DNA of 64,000 nucleotides. Source: an uncultured Gammaproteobacteria bacterium. GTDB taxonomy: Bacteria > Patescibacteriota > Patescibacteriia > UBA2591 > CAYTBZ01. Under the pieces are notes generated by a model, which was not told the DNA's origin, did no database searches, and was given only the letters and a program-made list of their open reading frames with translations. Location of the stretch: NCBI GenBank assembly GCA_964436275.1, contig CAYTBZ010000001.1:33980-97979 (forward strand). Reading direction: 5' to 3'. This document shows positions 9,360-19,900 of this stretch, in pieces (the stretch's first letter is position 1; every line of letters starts with the position of its first letter). A program made the translations under genes and the position numbers.

Positions 9360-11291
9360 TTATTGTTTTTTTCTTAAAAAATAATTCTCTAAAACCTCTT
9401 TTGCCACAGGTAAAGCGGCTTGATGTCCCTCCCCTCCGTTTTCAATCAAAACAGTAATAACAATTTCTGGATTATCATAAGGAGCATAACAAGTAAACCA
9501 AGCATCTGGTTTTTTTTTACCACCTACTTGGGCTGTTCCGGTCTTTCCGGCTACCTTTACTGGTAAATTTATAAGAGCCCGGGCGCTTCCATAAAGAACT
9601 GCATCTCTCATTCCCTGCTGAACAATTTTAATGTTTTCCTTTTTTGCTAAATTACTCTTTATTATTTTTGGTTGAACTATTTCTACTTTTCCACTCTCAT
9701 TATCAATAATCTTTTTTACTAGATAAGGATGAAAAAGAGTTCCACCATTAGCAATCATTGCTGTATAACTAGCTACTTGCAAAGGGGTAACTAAAATGTC
9801 TCCTTGTCCGATAGCCAAGTGATAAGTATCACCTATATACCATTTCTCTTTTTTAACTTTCTCTTTCCAAAGAGGAGATGGAAGAAATCCTTTTGCTTCA
9901 CCAAATAAATCTATGCCTGTTTCCTTGCCTAATCCGTATTTCTTAAGATAGGCAATTATTTTCTCTATTCCTAAACCTTTAAAATTTTTATATCCTCCGC
10001 CAATGTAGTAAAAAAAGGTATTAACTGATTGAGCAATGGCTTTTCTTACATTAGTCAATCCGTGTCCTCCGATTTTCCAATCTGGGAAGAACCATTTACC
10101 AATTCTTATCCCCCCCTGACTATTTATTGTTGTTTGAGAATTGATAATTCCTTCTTCTAAAGCAGCTAAAGCAATTAAAGGTTTGATTGTTGAACCAGGA
10201 GGATATTTTCCTGAAACGGGCCGAAAAAATAATGGATGAAGAGGATTATTAATTAACTCCTCAAATTTCTCTTGAGAAAGACCTTTAATAAACAGATTAT
10301 TATCATATCCTGGAAAAGAAACAAGGGCTAATAACTGACCATTCTGGGGGTTCAAAGCAACAGCTGCCCCTGCCTTTCCTTTAACTCTTTTTATATTTTT
10401 TTCTAAAGCGTTAGCAAGATCTTTTTGTAATTGGCTATCAATATTTAAAACTAAACTTTTTCCCGGTTTCGCTTTCTTTTTATTTAGAACTTCTTTTTCC
10501 CTGCCCAAAGAATCAACCTCTATTTGTTTTTTTCCTTTCTCTCCTTTTAATAAATTTTCATAATACGCTTCTAAACCAGACCTACCTAAATAGTCGTCAA
10601 AAGAATATCCCTCCTTTCTTTTTTTTAACCACTCTTCTCTAGTTATTTTGCCTAAATATCCTAAACAATGTGAGAAGGATTGTCCTGCTAAATAATGTCT
10701 CTGACCCCTTATTTTTAATTTTACTCCCGGTAACTGGTCTTCTATTGTTTTAAACAATATTGCCTTCTCTAAGCCAATTTCTTCAGTCAAAATTACTGGT
10801 TGATAGGAATAAGGGGAATTATTTTCTAAAATTTTTTTTGCTTTATCTTTAATTGAAGAGTCAAAAAGATTAGCCAGTTTATTTAGAACTTCCTCTCTTT
10901 TATTTTCTTCTTTAGGAAAATCACCCGGCACAATAGTTAAATAAAAATCAGGGATGTTTTCTACTAACTTTTTACCTTGTCGGTCATAAATTAATCCTCG
11001 ACTTGCTTTAATCTCAATTATTCTAATTCTATTTCCCTCGGCTATCTTTTGGTATGTTTTCCCTTTAACTATTTGAAGAAAAAATAGCCTTATAAACAAT
11101 AAAGAGGTCAACAAGAAAATAAAGAAGAAAACTCTTTTAATAGATGAATAATCAATAACTTTTTTTAAAGGTTTCTCTTGCTTATCTATTAACCATTCAT
11201 CTCCTTCGTGTTTTTTAAAAGAATATCTTTTTATCAAGGCCTTTTTCTTGTTAAAAAATTTATTTTCTGGAAACAAGGAAGGATTTCTCAT
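9360..11291 (-). CDS. mrdA: Penicillin-binding protein 2 (elongasome transpeptidase)
   Basis: N-terminal TM, PBP dimerisation domain, transpeptidase motifs STIKP / SxN / KTGT. Directly downstream of mreBCD. Confidence 0.8.
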   Translation of the reverse strand: MRNPSLFPENKFFNKKKALIKRYSFKKHEGDEWLIDKQEKPLKKVIDYSSIKRVFFFIFLLTSLLFIRLFFLQIVKGKTYQKIAEGNRIRIIEIKASRGLIYDRQGKKLVENIPDFYLTIVPGDFPKEENKREEVLNKLANLFDSSIKDKAKKILENNSPYSYQPVILTEEIGLEKAILFKTIEDQLPGVKLKIRGQRHYLAGQSFSHCLGYLGKITREEWLKKRKEGYSFDDYLGRSGLEAYYENLLKGEKGKKQIEVDSLGREKEVLNKKKAKPGKSLVLNIDSQLQKDLANALEKNIKRVKGKAGAAVALNPQNGQLLALVSFPGYDNNLFIKGLSQEKFEELINNPLHPLFFRPVSGKYPPGSTIKPLIALAALEEGIINSQTTINSQGGIRIGKWFFPDWKIGGHGLTNVRKAIAQSVNTFFYYIGGGYKNFKGLGIEKIIAYLKKYGLGKETGIDLFGEAKGFLPSPLWKEKVKKEKWYIGDTYHLAIGQGDILVTPLQVASYTAMIANGGTLFHPYLVKKIIDNESGKVEIVQPKIIKSNLAKKENIKIVQQGMRDAVLYGSARALINLPVKVAGKTGTAQVGGKKKPDAWFTCYAPYDNPEIVITVLIENGGEGHQAALPVAKEVLENYFLRKKQ

Positions 11292-11294
11292 AAG

Positions 11295-11798
11295 TTATTT
11301 CCTTTTTTCTAAAAGAGTAAAAAGAAAAGTAATAATAACTATTACTGCTGTATTTAAAATAAGGGTATTTAATAATGAAGTAAAGAATATTTTATTCAAA
11401 ACAACAGGTATTTGAATGATACCTAATTTATAAAATAAAAAACTTAAAAAAGTAAAAGATAATTGATAAATCAAAAGGGATAAAAAGGAAAAAATAGTTA
11501 AAGAAACTAAAGAATAACGAGGAAAAAACTTCTTGAAAAGATAGTGGGCAAAATAACTTACAAATAAGAAAAGAACGATATAAGTGCCGAAAGGATAAAA
11601 AGAATAAAAAGATAAAATAAATCCACCAAAGAGACTCCAGAAGAAACTTAAACGATAATCAAACAAAACAAAGAAAATAATAAAACATAAAATCAAGTTT
11701 AAAGAAGAAAGAAAGGAAAAATTTCTTAAAACAACTAATTGAAAAATTCCTAAAATAAAAATTATTAAAATATGAAATAAAATTTTATTTATCCTCAT
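11295..11798 (-). CDS. mreD: Rod shape-determining protein MreD (membrane)
   Basis: 167 aa polytopic membrane protein following mreC with overlap. Confidence 0.5.
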   Translation of the reverse strand: MRINKILFHILIIFILGIFQLVVLRNFSFLSSLNLILCFIIFFVLFDYRLSFFWSLFGGFILSFYSFYPFGTYIVLFLFVSYFAHYLFKKFFPRYSLVSLTIFSFLSLLIYQLSFTFLSFLFYKLGIIQIPVVLNKIFFTSLLNTLILNTAVIVIITFLFTLLEKRK

Positions 11799-12633
11799 TT
11801 TTTGGCTTAAGAACAGCTACCAAGTTTATCTCTTTAAACGGAATTAATGGTCTAGCCAAAACATCCTGAAATAGTTCTCCGGATTTGATCTCTACATCTT
11901 CTATTTCACCAATAATTAAACCTTTGGGAATATATCTTTCCTTTCCTGAAGTGACAACAATGTCCCCTCTTTTCACCTCTTTATCTACTGGAATTAAACT
12001 TAAAGATAAATAAAATCCATGAACCCCCTGAACCAGACAATCAACATTTTCTTTTTCATTAAGAACAGTGCCAGCAAAAACACTTTGGTAATCAGTAATC
12101 AAACGAACAAAAGAAGAATAAGGATTAACTTTGATTACTTTTCCTATTAAAAAACCTTGGGGCTCTTTTTCATCATTTTGGAGAATAGATTTAGAAAAAA
12201 CAACAGGATAACCAGGTTTTATCCCATCTTTTTCTCCTAAATCAATAATTAATCCAATTTGAGCACTAGGAGCCTCCTTAATTTGACCGATAACATTAGC
12301 TAAAACAAAATTATACCTTTGTTTAAGGAAAAAATTAAGCGCTTCTCTTAAACTTTTATTCTCTTCTCGATAAATTTTCAATTGACTGTTTTCAATTAAT
12401 AAGTCATTGACTTTCTCTCTTAGTCCTTTATTCTCTTTTAATAATTCATCTTTAGACCTAAAGAAACTCCTTAAATTATCAATTTTATGAGATAAAAAAG
12501 AAAATTTTTGGAGTAAAGGATTAGTTATTCTTTTTTGAATACCTTTAGAAAAAGACAGCAATTCAAAAAGTATAAAGAGAATAAAAAAAACGAGAATAAT
12601 CCAAAGTAAAAGACTAATTTTTTTCCTTTTCAT
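11785..12633 (-). CDS. mreC: Rod shape-determining protein MreC
   Basis: N-terminal TM, coiled coil, C-terminal beta-rich domain. Position between mreB and mreD. Confidence 0.65.
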   Translation of the reverse strand: MKRKKISLLLWIILVFFILFILFELLSFSKGIQKRITNPLLQKFSFLSHKIDNLRSFFRSKDELLKENKGLREKVNDLLIENSQLKIYREENKSLREALNFFLKQRYNFVLANVIGQIKEAPSAQIGLIIDLGEKDGIKPGYPVVFSKSILQNDEKEPQGFLIGKVIKVNPYSSFVRLITDYQSVFAGTVLNEKENVDCLVQGVHGFYLSLSLIPVDKEVKRGDIVVTSGKERYIPKGLIIGEIEDVEIKSGELFQDVLARPLIPFKEINLVAVLKPKNEDK

Positions 12634-12655
12634 AAGAAGTATTACAAGGAAATTA

Positions 12656-13711
12656 TCATTTAATCTTTGCTTCTTCTTCCTCAGGATAAACGGCTAACTC
12701 CTTAAGCTGTTCAAAGTTTTCTAAAATAAAACCAACTCCCCTAATAACTGCTGTTTGAGGGTCTTCAAGAATATGAACAGGAATTTTAATTTCTTTGGAG
12801 ATTAATTTATCAATATTTTTCAACAAAGCACCCCCACCACAAAGAACAATTCCTTTTTGATAAATTTCAGCGACCAATTCTGGAGGAGTCATTTCTAAAA
12901 TATCCTTGATATTATTCAAAATTATTTTTAAGGACTTTTGAATTGCTTCTCTTATCTGAGAATCATTAACTATTATTTCTTTAGGAAGTCCGGAAATTGC
13001 ATCTCTTCCCCTAACTTTTGTCTCTAAGGCCTCTTTAAGAGGGAAAGCCGAACCAATTCTCTTTTTCAATTCCTCAGCTGATTTCTCTCCTAAAAGAAGG
13101 TTCCATTCACTTTGCGCATATTGAATAATATTTTTGTTCAACTCTTCCCCAGCCACGGGAAAAGATTTTCCAATTACAATCCCCCCTAAAGAAATAACAG
13201 CAATTTGTGTGATTCCGCCTCCGATGTCAACAATCATTGAACCAGTCGCCTCTTGAACTGGCAACTTTGCACCTACAGCCGCAGCTAAGGGACTCTCCAC
13301 TAAAAGTACTTCACCTGCTCCTGCTTGTTTTGCTGCATCTTCTACAGCCTTCTTCTCAACGCCAGTAATATCTAAAGGAATTGAAGAAAGTATTCGTGGC
13401 CGACTAAAAAAGCCAAATTTCTCTTGAGATATCTTATCAATAAAAAAGCCCAACATTTTTTCAACTGCTTCAAAATCAGATATAATTCCTTGAGAAAGTG
13501 GACGGGTGGCTAGAATATGGGCTGGTGTCTTACCTACCATTTTCAAAGCATCTTCGCCCATAGCCAAAATTGAATCTGTTCGGGTATTAATAGCGATGAC
13601 CGAAGGCTCATTTATAACTATTCCTTTGCCCTTGACACAGACCAAGGTATTACTTGTTCCCATATCTATTCCTATATCTTTAGAAAATTTTCCTAAAAAA
13701 TTTTTAAACAT
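12656..13711 (-). CDS. mreB: Actin-like rod-shape protein MreB
   Basis: IGIDMGTSNTLV... actin/Hsp70 fold phosphate-1 motif, 351 aa. Confidence 0.9.
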   Translation of the reverse strand: MFKNFLGKFSKDIGIDMGTSNTLVCVKGKGIVINEPSVIAINTRTDSILAMGEDALKMVGKTPAHILATRPLSQGIISDFEAVEKMLGFFIDKISQEKFGFFSRPRILSSIPLDITGVEKKAVEDAAKQAGAGEVLLVESPLAAAVGAKLPVQEATGSMIVDIGGGITQIAVISLGGIVIGKSFPVAGEELNKNIIQYAQSEWNLLLGEKSAEELKKRIGSAFPLKEALETKVRGRDAISGLPKEIIVNDSQIREAIQKSLKIILNNIKDILEMTPPELVAEIYQKGIVLCGGGALLKNIDKLISKEIKIPVHILEDPQTAVIRGVGFILENFEQLKELAVYPEEEEAKIK

Positions 13712-14999
13712 TTTTTATTTTTATATAATTAAATAATTCTCTAAAATTAACTAATTTTACCTCTTTTTTATTTCTTTTTTTAATTTCTATTTTATTACCT
13801 GTTTTTTCACTAATCACTAAACGCCAAGGAATTCCTAATAGGTCAGCATCTTTAAGTTTTACTCCTCCTGACTCTTTACGTTGGTCATATAGTACTTCAA
13901 AATTCCTCTCTTGTAAAGATTGGTATATTTTCCTTGCTCTCTTCTCATCTTTAGCTAAATTAATTAAATGAATTTGGAATGGAGCTATTTCTTCTGGCCA
14001 GATAATTCCATCTTTATCATGATAAACTTCAACTACCGCTCCCATAATTCTTGAAGGTCCAATACCATAACATCCCATAAAAACTGGTTTATTTCTTCCA
14101 GTTTTATCAACATAAGTAAAATTAAAAGCTTGAGAGAATTTTGTTCCTAATTTGAAGATATTCCCTACTTCAATTGCTTGTTTTTTTACCAAATTTTTAC
14201 TGCCGCACTGTGGACACTTTTTCCCCTCTTTTTCTGCTAGTTCTTGATTAAGTCCAATTTTACATTTTTCACAAAGATAAATAGTATCCTCTCCAGTAGA
14301 AGCAATAGTTTGAAATTCATGGGAATATTCAGAAAACACCCCACCAGAAGCATAAGTTAAATAAGTAAAAGCACTCAATTTCAAACGGCGGAAAATTTTA
14401 AAATAAGCTTTCTTCACCTTTTCATAATATCTGTCTAAATCTTCTTTAGAGGTATGAAAAGAATATAAATCTTTCATACTGAATTCTCTTCCTCGTAAGA
14501 GCCCTGATTTTGCTCTTGGTTCGTTACGAAATTTATCTTGAATCTGAAAAACATAAACCGGTAAATCTCTATAAGATTGAACAAAATTTTTAACCAAAGG
14601 AGTAATTACTTCTTCATGGGTGGCTCCTAAAACATATTCTTTATCTCCTAAACCCTTAAATTTAAACAATGCCTTAAAATTATTATACCGTCCAGTTTTT
14701 ATCCACCAGTTTTTAGGAGTTAAAGCTGGCATTAAAATTTCCTGTCCTCCAATTGCTTCCATCTCTTGACGGATTATCTCTTTTATTTTATTTAAAACTC
14801 GTAAACCAAGAGGTAAATAAGCATAAACCCCAGCCATCACCTTAAAAATAAATCCGCCTTTTATTAAAAGCTGGGAATTTATACTCACTTCTTCTTTAGG
14901 AACTTCTTTGATTGTTTTAGTAAATAATTCTGATTGTAGCATAATAAATTTAGTAAGAGAGACCTTTCTTATACTATTCAAAATAGAAAAATTGGTCAA
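13704..14999 (-). CDS. proS: Prolyl-tRNA synthetase, short form without INS editing domain, with Cys4 insertion
   Basis: Class II core and C-terminal anticodon-binding domain. CEKC...CPQCGS zinc-ribbon-like insertion. 431 aa. Confidence 0.8.
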   Translation of the reverse strand: MTNFSILNSIRKVSLTKFIMLQSELFTKTIKEVPKEEVSINSQLLIKGGFIFKVMAGVYAYLPLGLRVLNKIKEIIRQEMEAIGGQEILMPALTPKNWWIKTGRYNNFKALFKFKGLGDKEYVLGATHEEVITPLVKNFVQSYRDLPVYVFQIQDKFRNEPRAKSGLLRGREFSMKDLYSFHTSKEDLDRYYEKVKKAYFKIFRRLKLSAFTYLTYASGGVFSEYSHEFQTIASTGEDTIYLCEKCKIGLNQELAEKEGKKCPQCGSKNLVKKQAIEVGNIFKLGTKFSQAFNFTYVDKTGRNKPVFMGCYGIGPSRIMGAVVEVYHDKDGIIWPEEIAPFQIHLINLAKDEKRARKIYQSLQERNFEVLYDQRKESGGVKLKDADLLGIPWRLVISEKTGNKIEIKKRNKKEVKLVNFRELFNYIKIKNV

Positions 15000-15310
15000 T
15001 ATTCCAAAGTTTTTAAAACACTTCTTATTCTTTCTGCCTCTTGCTTAACTAAAGGAGTATCATATTCTCCACTATGAGCCCGACTACCTGAGTAAACAGT
15101 CCTTTTTTGGTCTAAATGAAGAGATAGAACAAAACCTTCTTGGTTATTAAGTTTTTTAATAAATAGATGGAAACGTGGATAAGCGCTTCTTCCTATTCTT
15201 CTAATTCCACTTACTAAATTATCTTTTTGTCCTCCTCGCCACTGGTAGCCAAGACGTCTAATTAAATCATAGAGATTTTTTTTAATCTGTTTTTTCCAAT
15301 AAATCTTCAT
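14996..15310 (-). CDS. Small basic hypothetical protein (start more likely MKIYWKK at 15308-15310)
   Basis: ORF between rseP and proS. The longer ORF-track start would overlap rseP. Weak GSRAHSGEYDTP nucleotidyltransferase-like motif. Confidence 0.35.
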   Translation of the reverse strand: MKIYWKKQIKKNLYDLIRRLGYQWRGGQKDNLVSGIRRIGRSAYPRFHLFIKKLNNQEGFVLSLHLDQKRTVYSGSRAHSGEYDTPLVKQEAERIRSVLKTLEY

Positions 15311-15311
15311 T

Positions 15312-16517
15312 TTACCAACCAATCGTCCTTTTAAATACCCCAATAATTTTCCCTCCATACCTAGCAAGGTCGAAATAAGTTACTATTAAAACAATAATCA
15401 TTAAGGCAATAAAGCCAAAAGTATGAATAGCGTTCTCTATTTCAATTTTTATCTTTCTACCCCTGATTTTTTCAATCAAAAGAAAAACTAATCTTCCTCC
15501 ATCTAAGGCAGGTATAGGCAAAATATTAATAATACCCAAATTTAAAGAAAGAAGGGCAGTAAATTGTAAAAGATAAATGAATCCTAAGTGAACTACTTGA
15601 TTAGTCAAAACAGCTATACCGATTGGTCCAGTTACTCCTCCTTTTATGCCTTTTCCTAAAATAAGACCCTTAACCATCAAAAAGATAAACCATATAAATT
15701 TACCAATTAAAATAATAGTCGTTTTTATCCCCTTCCAAATGGCTAAATACCAGGGATAACTAATAGTGCCTACTTTAACTAAACCTACACCAATAAGGGC
15801 TTTGCTTCCTTCTAATTCCTCTGTTTGAAAAGATATATTTTTAAATTCAGTTAGGGGGCGAGGAATTACTTTTTTCTCTAAAATTTTATCAAATCTTTTA
15901 ATTTTTAAATTAAGGGGTTGGTTGACTGATTGATTTACCTTTTCTTTAAAATCCTCTATTTTATAAACTTTTTCCCCATTGACCTCTAAAATCTCGTCAC
16001 CTATTTTAAGTCCTGCTTTTTCTGCTGGTGAATCTTTAAGAAGAGAAATTATCTCTATCCTTTCATCTTTTATTTTAAAATTCTTATTGCTTTTATCAAT
16101 CACCTGAGGTGATCCCAGAGAAAAAACAATAGATAATAAAATCATACAAAGAACAAAATTCATTAAGACGCCACCTGAAATTATTAGTCCCCTTTCCCAA
16201 ATCTTTTTATGAGCAAAACTATCTTCATCCTCTGCTTTTTCACCGGCTTCACCTTTTATTTTTACAAAACCACCTATAGGCAACCAATTTAAAGAATAAA
16301 TAGTATCTTCCGACTTAATTTCTTCTGTTTTTTGATTCCCGAAAAATAATTTTCTTCGGCCATTAACTTTTTTCAACCCGAGTATCCGCGGCGGATAGCC
16401 AAAACCGAATTCTTCTACTTTGACTCCTCTTCTTTTAGCAAAAATAAAATGGCCAAATTCGTGAACAAAAATTGATACGCCTAAAATTAAAATAAAAACG
16501 ATAATGGTAATCAACAT
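15312..16517 (-). CDS. rseP: Site-2 protease RseP (M50 family) with PDZ domain
   Basis: HEFGHFIFAKRRG HExxH motif in TM1, PDZ in the middle, C-terminal LDGG motif. Confidence 0.8.
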   Translation of the reverse strand: MLITIIVFILILGVSIFVHEFGHFIFAKRRGVKVEEFGFGYPPRILGLKKVNGRRKLFFGNQKTEEIKSEDTIYSLNWLPIGGFVKIKGEAGEKAEDEDSFAHKKIWERGLIISGGVLMNFVLCMILLSIVFSLGSPQVIDKSNKNFKIKDERIEIISLLKDSPAEKAGLKIGDEILEVNGEKVYKIEDFKEKVNQSVNQPLNLKIKRFDKILEKKVIPRPLTEFKNISFQTEELEGSKALIGVGLVKVGTISYPWYLAIWKGIKTTIILIGKFIWFIFLMVKGLILGKGIKGGVTGPIGIAVLTNQVVHLGFIYLLQFTALLSLNLGIINILPIPALDGGRLVFLLIEKIRGRKIKIEIENAIHTFGFIALMIIVLIVTYFDLARYGGKIIGVFKRTIGW

Positions 16518-16521
16518 AAAT

Positions 16522-18309
16522 TTATTCTAAAATTGCTTTTATTCTTCTTACTCCAGCAGAAGATGACTGCTCTTTAATAATTTTAAACTTGCCTAAAACA
16601 CCTGTCCTTTTCACATGAGGACCAGCGCAAATTTCCTTAGAGAAATCTCCTATTGAATAGACCTTTACTTTTTCTCCATATTTATTCTCAAATAGTCCAA
16701 TAGCACCTTCCTTTTTTGCCTCCTCCAAACTCATCTCTTGACAAATAACTGGTAAATCTTTTTCTATTTGTTGATTGACTAAATCTTCTACCTTCTTTAT
16801 CTCTTCAGGGGTTAATTTACGCGGGAAAGAAAAATCAAAACGCAATCTTTCTGGGGTAATATTACTACCCATCTGTCTAACCTTATCTCCTAAAACTATT
16901 CTTAATGCTTGATGAAGTAAATGAGTGGCAGTATGATATTTTTTAGAAATCTCTGAGTGGTCAATCAAACCTCCTTTAAATCTTTTCTTTGCTCCTGCCC
17001 GTGAAATTTCTCTATGCTTTTCCATAAGTTTATTAAAATCTTCAATTGCTTTTGGGTCAACCTTTATTTTTTCTTCCTTAGCAATTTCTAATGACATTTC
17101 CAGCGGGAAACCATAAGTAGAAAAAAGAGAATATAAAATATCACCGTTCAATTTTGAATTAATACTGACTAACTTATTAAACATTTTTAATCCTTTTTCT
17201 AAAGTGCGGTTAAATTTTTCTTCTTCTCTAATCAACTGTTCCTGAATAAAATCTCTATTCTCTTTTAATTCTGGGTAGATATCCTGCATTTGGTTAATAA
17301 CTATTTCGCTGATTTTGAAAGTAAAGGAAGGTTCTTTAATGTCAATCATTCGACCATATCTAATCGCTCGACGGATAAGTCGACGCACAACATAACCCTG
17401 GTCCAAATTTGAAGGGGTAATTCCTCTCTTATCGCCTAAAATAAAAGTTGCGGCTCTTAAATGGTCAGCGATAATTCTCATCGCCTTTTTAATTTTCTCA
17501 TTATCATTGTATTTTTTAGAAGAAAGTTTTTCAATTTTCTGAATAATTGGCCAAAGAGAGTCAATATAATAAACATCAGGGAAACCATTTAAAACAGCAA
17601 CAACTCTTTCTAATCCCATTCCTGTATCAACATTTTTTTGTTTCAATTCGCTAATCTGTCCATTTTTATCTTTATAATAAAACATAAAGACATTATTCCA
17701 AATTTCTACCCACTTTTCTGGCTCATTTTTTGGATTACTTTGGAAAGAAGGCAAATTTTTATTAGAATAATAGAACATTTCTGTGTCCGGACCACACGGT
17801 CCAATCTCTCCTACCGGACCCCACCAATTATCTTCTTCTCCCATAAAAACTATTCTATTCTCAGGAATGCCTAATTTTTTCCAAAAGAGAAATGACTCCT
17901 CATCTCTTGGCAAATTTCCCTTACCTTCAAAAAGAGTGATGGCTAACTTATCTTTTGATAAATTAAGCCAACGAGGATGAGTTAAAAACTCAAAACTCCA
18001 CTCAATAGCTTCTTTTTTCCCATAATCTCCTAATGACCAGTTACCCAACATTTCAAAAAAAGTTAAATGCCAAGCGTCTCCTACCTTTTCAATATCACTT
18101 GTTCTAATACATTTTTGACAATTGGCTAATCTTCTACCCTGAGGATGTTTTTCTCCTAAAAGAAAAGGAATAAGTGGATGCATTCCCGCTGTAGTGAATA
18201 AAACTGTGGGGTCATTTTCAGGAATTAAAGAAGCAGAAGGGATAATTTGATGCCCCTTCTCTTTAAAAAAATCTAAAAATTTTTTTCGTAGTTCTTGGGA
18301 AGTTATCAT
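16522..18309 (-). CDS. alaS: Alanyl-tRNA synthetase, minimal form lacking C-Ala domain
   Basis: N-terminal AlaRS catalytic core (FTTAGMHPLIPF, WHLTFFEMLGNWS) and editing-domain motifs (HTATHLLHQAL, CAGPHV). 595 aa. Confidence 0.8.
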   Translation of the reverse strand: MITSQELRKKFLDFFKEKGHQIIPSASLIPENDPTVLFTTAGMHPLIPFLLGEKHPQGRRLANCQKCIRTSDIEKVGDAWHLTFFEMLGNWSLGDYGKKEAIEWSFEFLTHPRWLNLSKDKLAITLFEGKGNLPRDEESFLFWKKLGIPENRIVFMGEEDNWWGPVGEIGPCGPDTEMFYYSNKNLPSFQSNPKNEPEKWVEIWNNVFMFYYKDKNGQISELKQKNVDTGMGLERVVAVLNGFPDVYYIDSLWPIIQKIEKLSSKKYNDNEKIKKAMRIIADHLRAATFILGDKRGITPSNLDQGYVVRRLIRRAIRYGRMIDIKEPSFTFKISEIVINQMQDIYPELKENRDFIQEQLIREEEKFNRTLEKGLKMFNKLVSINSKLNGDILYSLFSTYGFPLEMSLEIAKEEKIKVDPKAIEDFNKLMEKHREISRAGAKKRFKGGLIDHSEISKKYHTATHLLHQALRIVLGDKVRQMGSNITPERLRFDFSFPRKLTPEEIKKVEDLVNQQIEKDLPVICQEMSLEEAKKEGAIGLFENKYGEKVKVYSIGDFSKEICAGPHVKRTGVLGKFKIIKEQSSSAGVRRIKAILE

Positions 18310-18310
18310 T

Positions 18311-19891
18311 TTAATGGAAGGAAACGGGCTTTTTATTTTTTATTTCCTCTAAACTTATAGGTTTTTCTTCAGGAGCAGTTGCCTTTTTTTCTCGGAGATG
18401 TTTTTTTATCACTGCGTCTTCATTGATAAGTCCTTTTCTCACCTTTTTTAAACATTCTTTGCAATAGACAGGTCTAACACCATCTGGTTTAAAAGAAACC
18501 TTTGTCTTCTTACCACAAGCCCAGCATTCAGCTTCATATTTTTTAACCTCTTTTTTCTCCTCTTCTGAAGAAATGTTTTTCTTTTCCTCCTTTCTTTCTT
18601 CTTCAATAACCCCACTCCAACGAGCAATTTTGTCTTCAATAACTTCTCTTTTTACCGCATATCTCTCTCGAGAAACTTTAATAATAGAATCACGATAAGA
18701 TTTTTGAGGTAAAGGACGAGGAGGAAGAGTTACTGCGCTAAACGGGTCACCAGCAATTCCGTCAACCATTAACTTTAAATAAATATGAAACTTAGGAAGG
18801 TTCACCATATCATTTGCTGTAAAAGTTGGAGCAAATTCCTTTTCTAAAAATTCTGCATCAGCAGCGCCTACTCGAAAAACAATTATTGTACCAACATTGC
18901 CGAAAACAGCGTCTCTAACAACTTCATCCATTTGAGAAATATATTGATGAGCCATAGTAATGGATAAACGATATTTTCTTGCTTCTGATAAGATATTAGC
19001 AAATGACTCTGTAGCAAAATTTTGAAACTCATCAACATAAAGATAAAAATCTCTTCTCTCCTCTTCTGGAGTATCAATTCTACTCATCGCCGCTAACTGA
19101 ATTTTAGTAATCATCATTGCGCCTAATAGATGACTAGCGTCTTCACCAATCGCTCCTTTAGATAAATTCATAATAAGGATCTTTCCTTCATCCATTACTG
19201 TACGTAAATCGATTTTTGATTTAGTTTGACCAACAATATTTCTAATCAACGGGCTTGATAAAAACTGTCCAACTTTATTTTGAATAGGAGCAACTGCTTC
19301 TGTGGCAAAACGATCAGGATAACGGGCGAATTCTTCTGTCCAGAATGACTTAACTACTGGATCTTTTATCTTGGAAACCACCTTTTTTCGATAGGTTTTA
19401 TCTACTAACATTCTCATAATTCCTAAAAGGGTGCTCCCCGGATATTCAAGAAGGGCTAAAATAGCGTTTCTTAGAACATATTCTAATCTTGGACCCCAAG
19501 AATCAGCCCAGATTTTTTTAAAAACGCCAATCAAACCAGAAGCAACAAGATGACGAAAAGCAGGATCTACCTTTTCCATAACATTAAAAGAAATAGGATA
19601 CTCAATATCAGCAGGATTAAAATAAATAACATCATTAACTCGATGAGAAGGAACAAAATCTAAAACTTTTTCTGCATATTCACCATGAGGGTCAATCACT
19701 GCTAAACCATTACCCGCTTCAATATCTGAAATAGTCATATTTTCTAAAAGAACTGTTTTACCCATTCCTGTCTTACCAACAATATAGATATGACGACGAC
19801 GATCATCTTTTTTAATACCAAAAATACGCCGTTGACCACGGAAATTTGTCTCAGCAAAAAAAGTTATTTCATTTTCTTGATTGTTAGTCAT
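18311..19891 (-). CDS. TrwB/TraD/VirD4-like (T4CP-type) P-loop ATPase with C-terminal Cys4 zinc ribbon
   Basis: Walker A IYIVGKTGMGKT, then VIDPHGEY (DPxGE motif of coupling proteins), Walker-B-like LYVDEFQNF. C-terminal CWACGKK-x15-CKEC. Confidence 0.55.
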   Translation of the reverse strand: MTNNQENEITFFAETNFRGQRRIFGIKKDDRRRHIYIVGKTGMGKTVLLENMTISDIEAGNGLAVIDPHGEYAEKVLDFVPSHRVNDVIYFNPADIEYPISFNVMEKVDPAFRHLVASGLIGVFKKIWADSWGPRLEYVLRNAILALLEYPGSTLLGIMRMLVDKTYRKKVVSKIKDPVVKSFWTEEFARYPDRFATEAVAPIQNKVGQFLSSPLIRNIVGQTKSKIDLRTVMDEGKILIMNLSKGAIGEDASHLLGAMMITKIQLAAMSRIDTPEEERRDFYLYVDEFQNFATESFANILSEARKYRLSITMAHQYISQMDEVVRDAVFGNVGTIIVFRVGAADAEFLEKEFAPTFTANDMVNLPKFHIYLKLMVDGIAGDPFSAVTLPPRPLPQKSYRDSIIKVSRERYAVKREVIEDKIARWSGVIEEERKEEKKNISSEEEKKEVKKYEAECWACGKKTKVSFKPDGVRPVYCKECLKKVRKGLINEDAVIKKHLREKKATAPEEKPISLEEIKNKKPVSFH

Positions 19892-19900
19892 AAGAATTTA

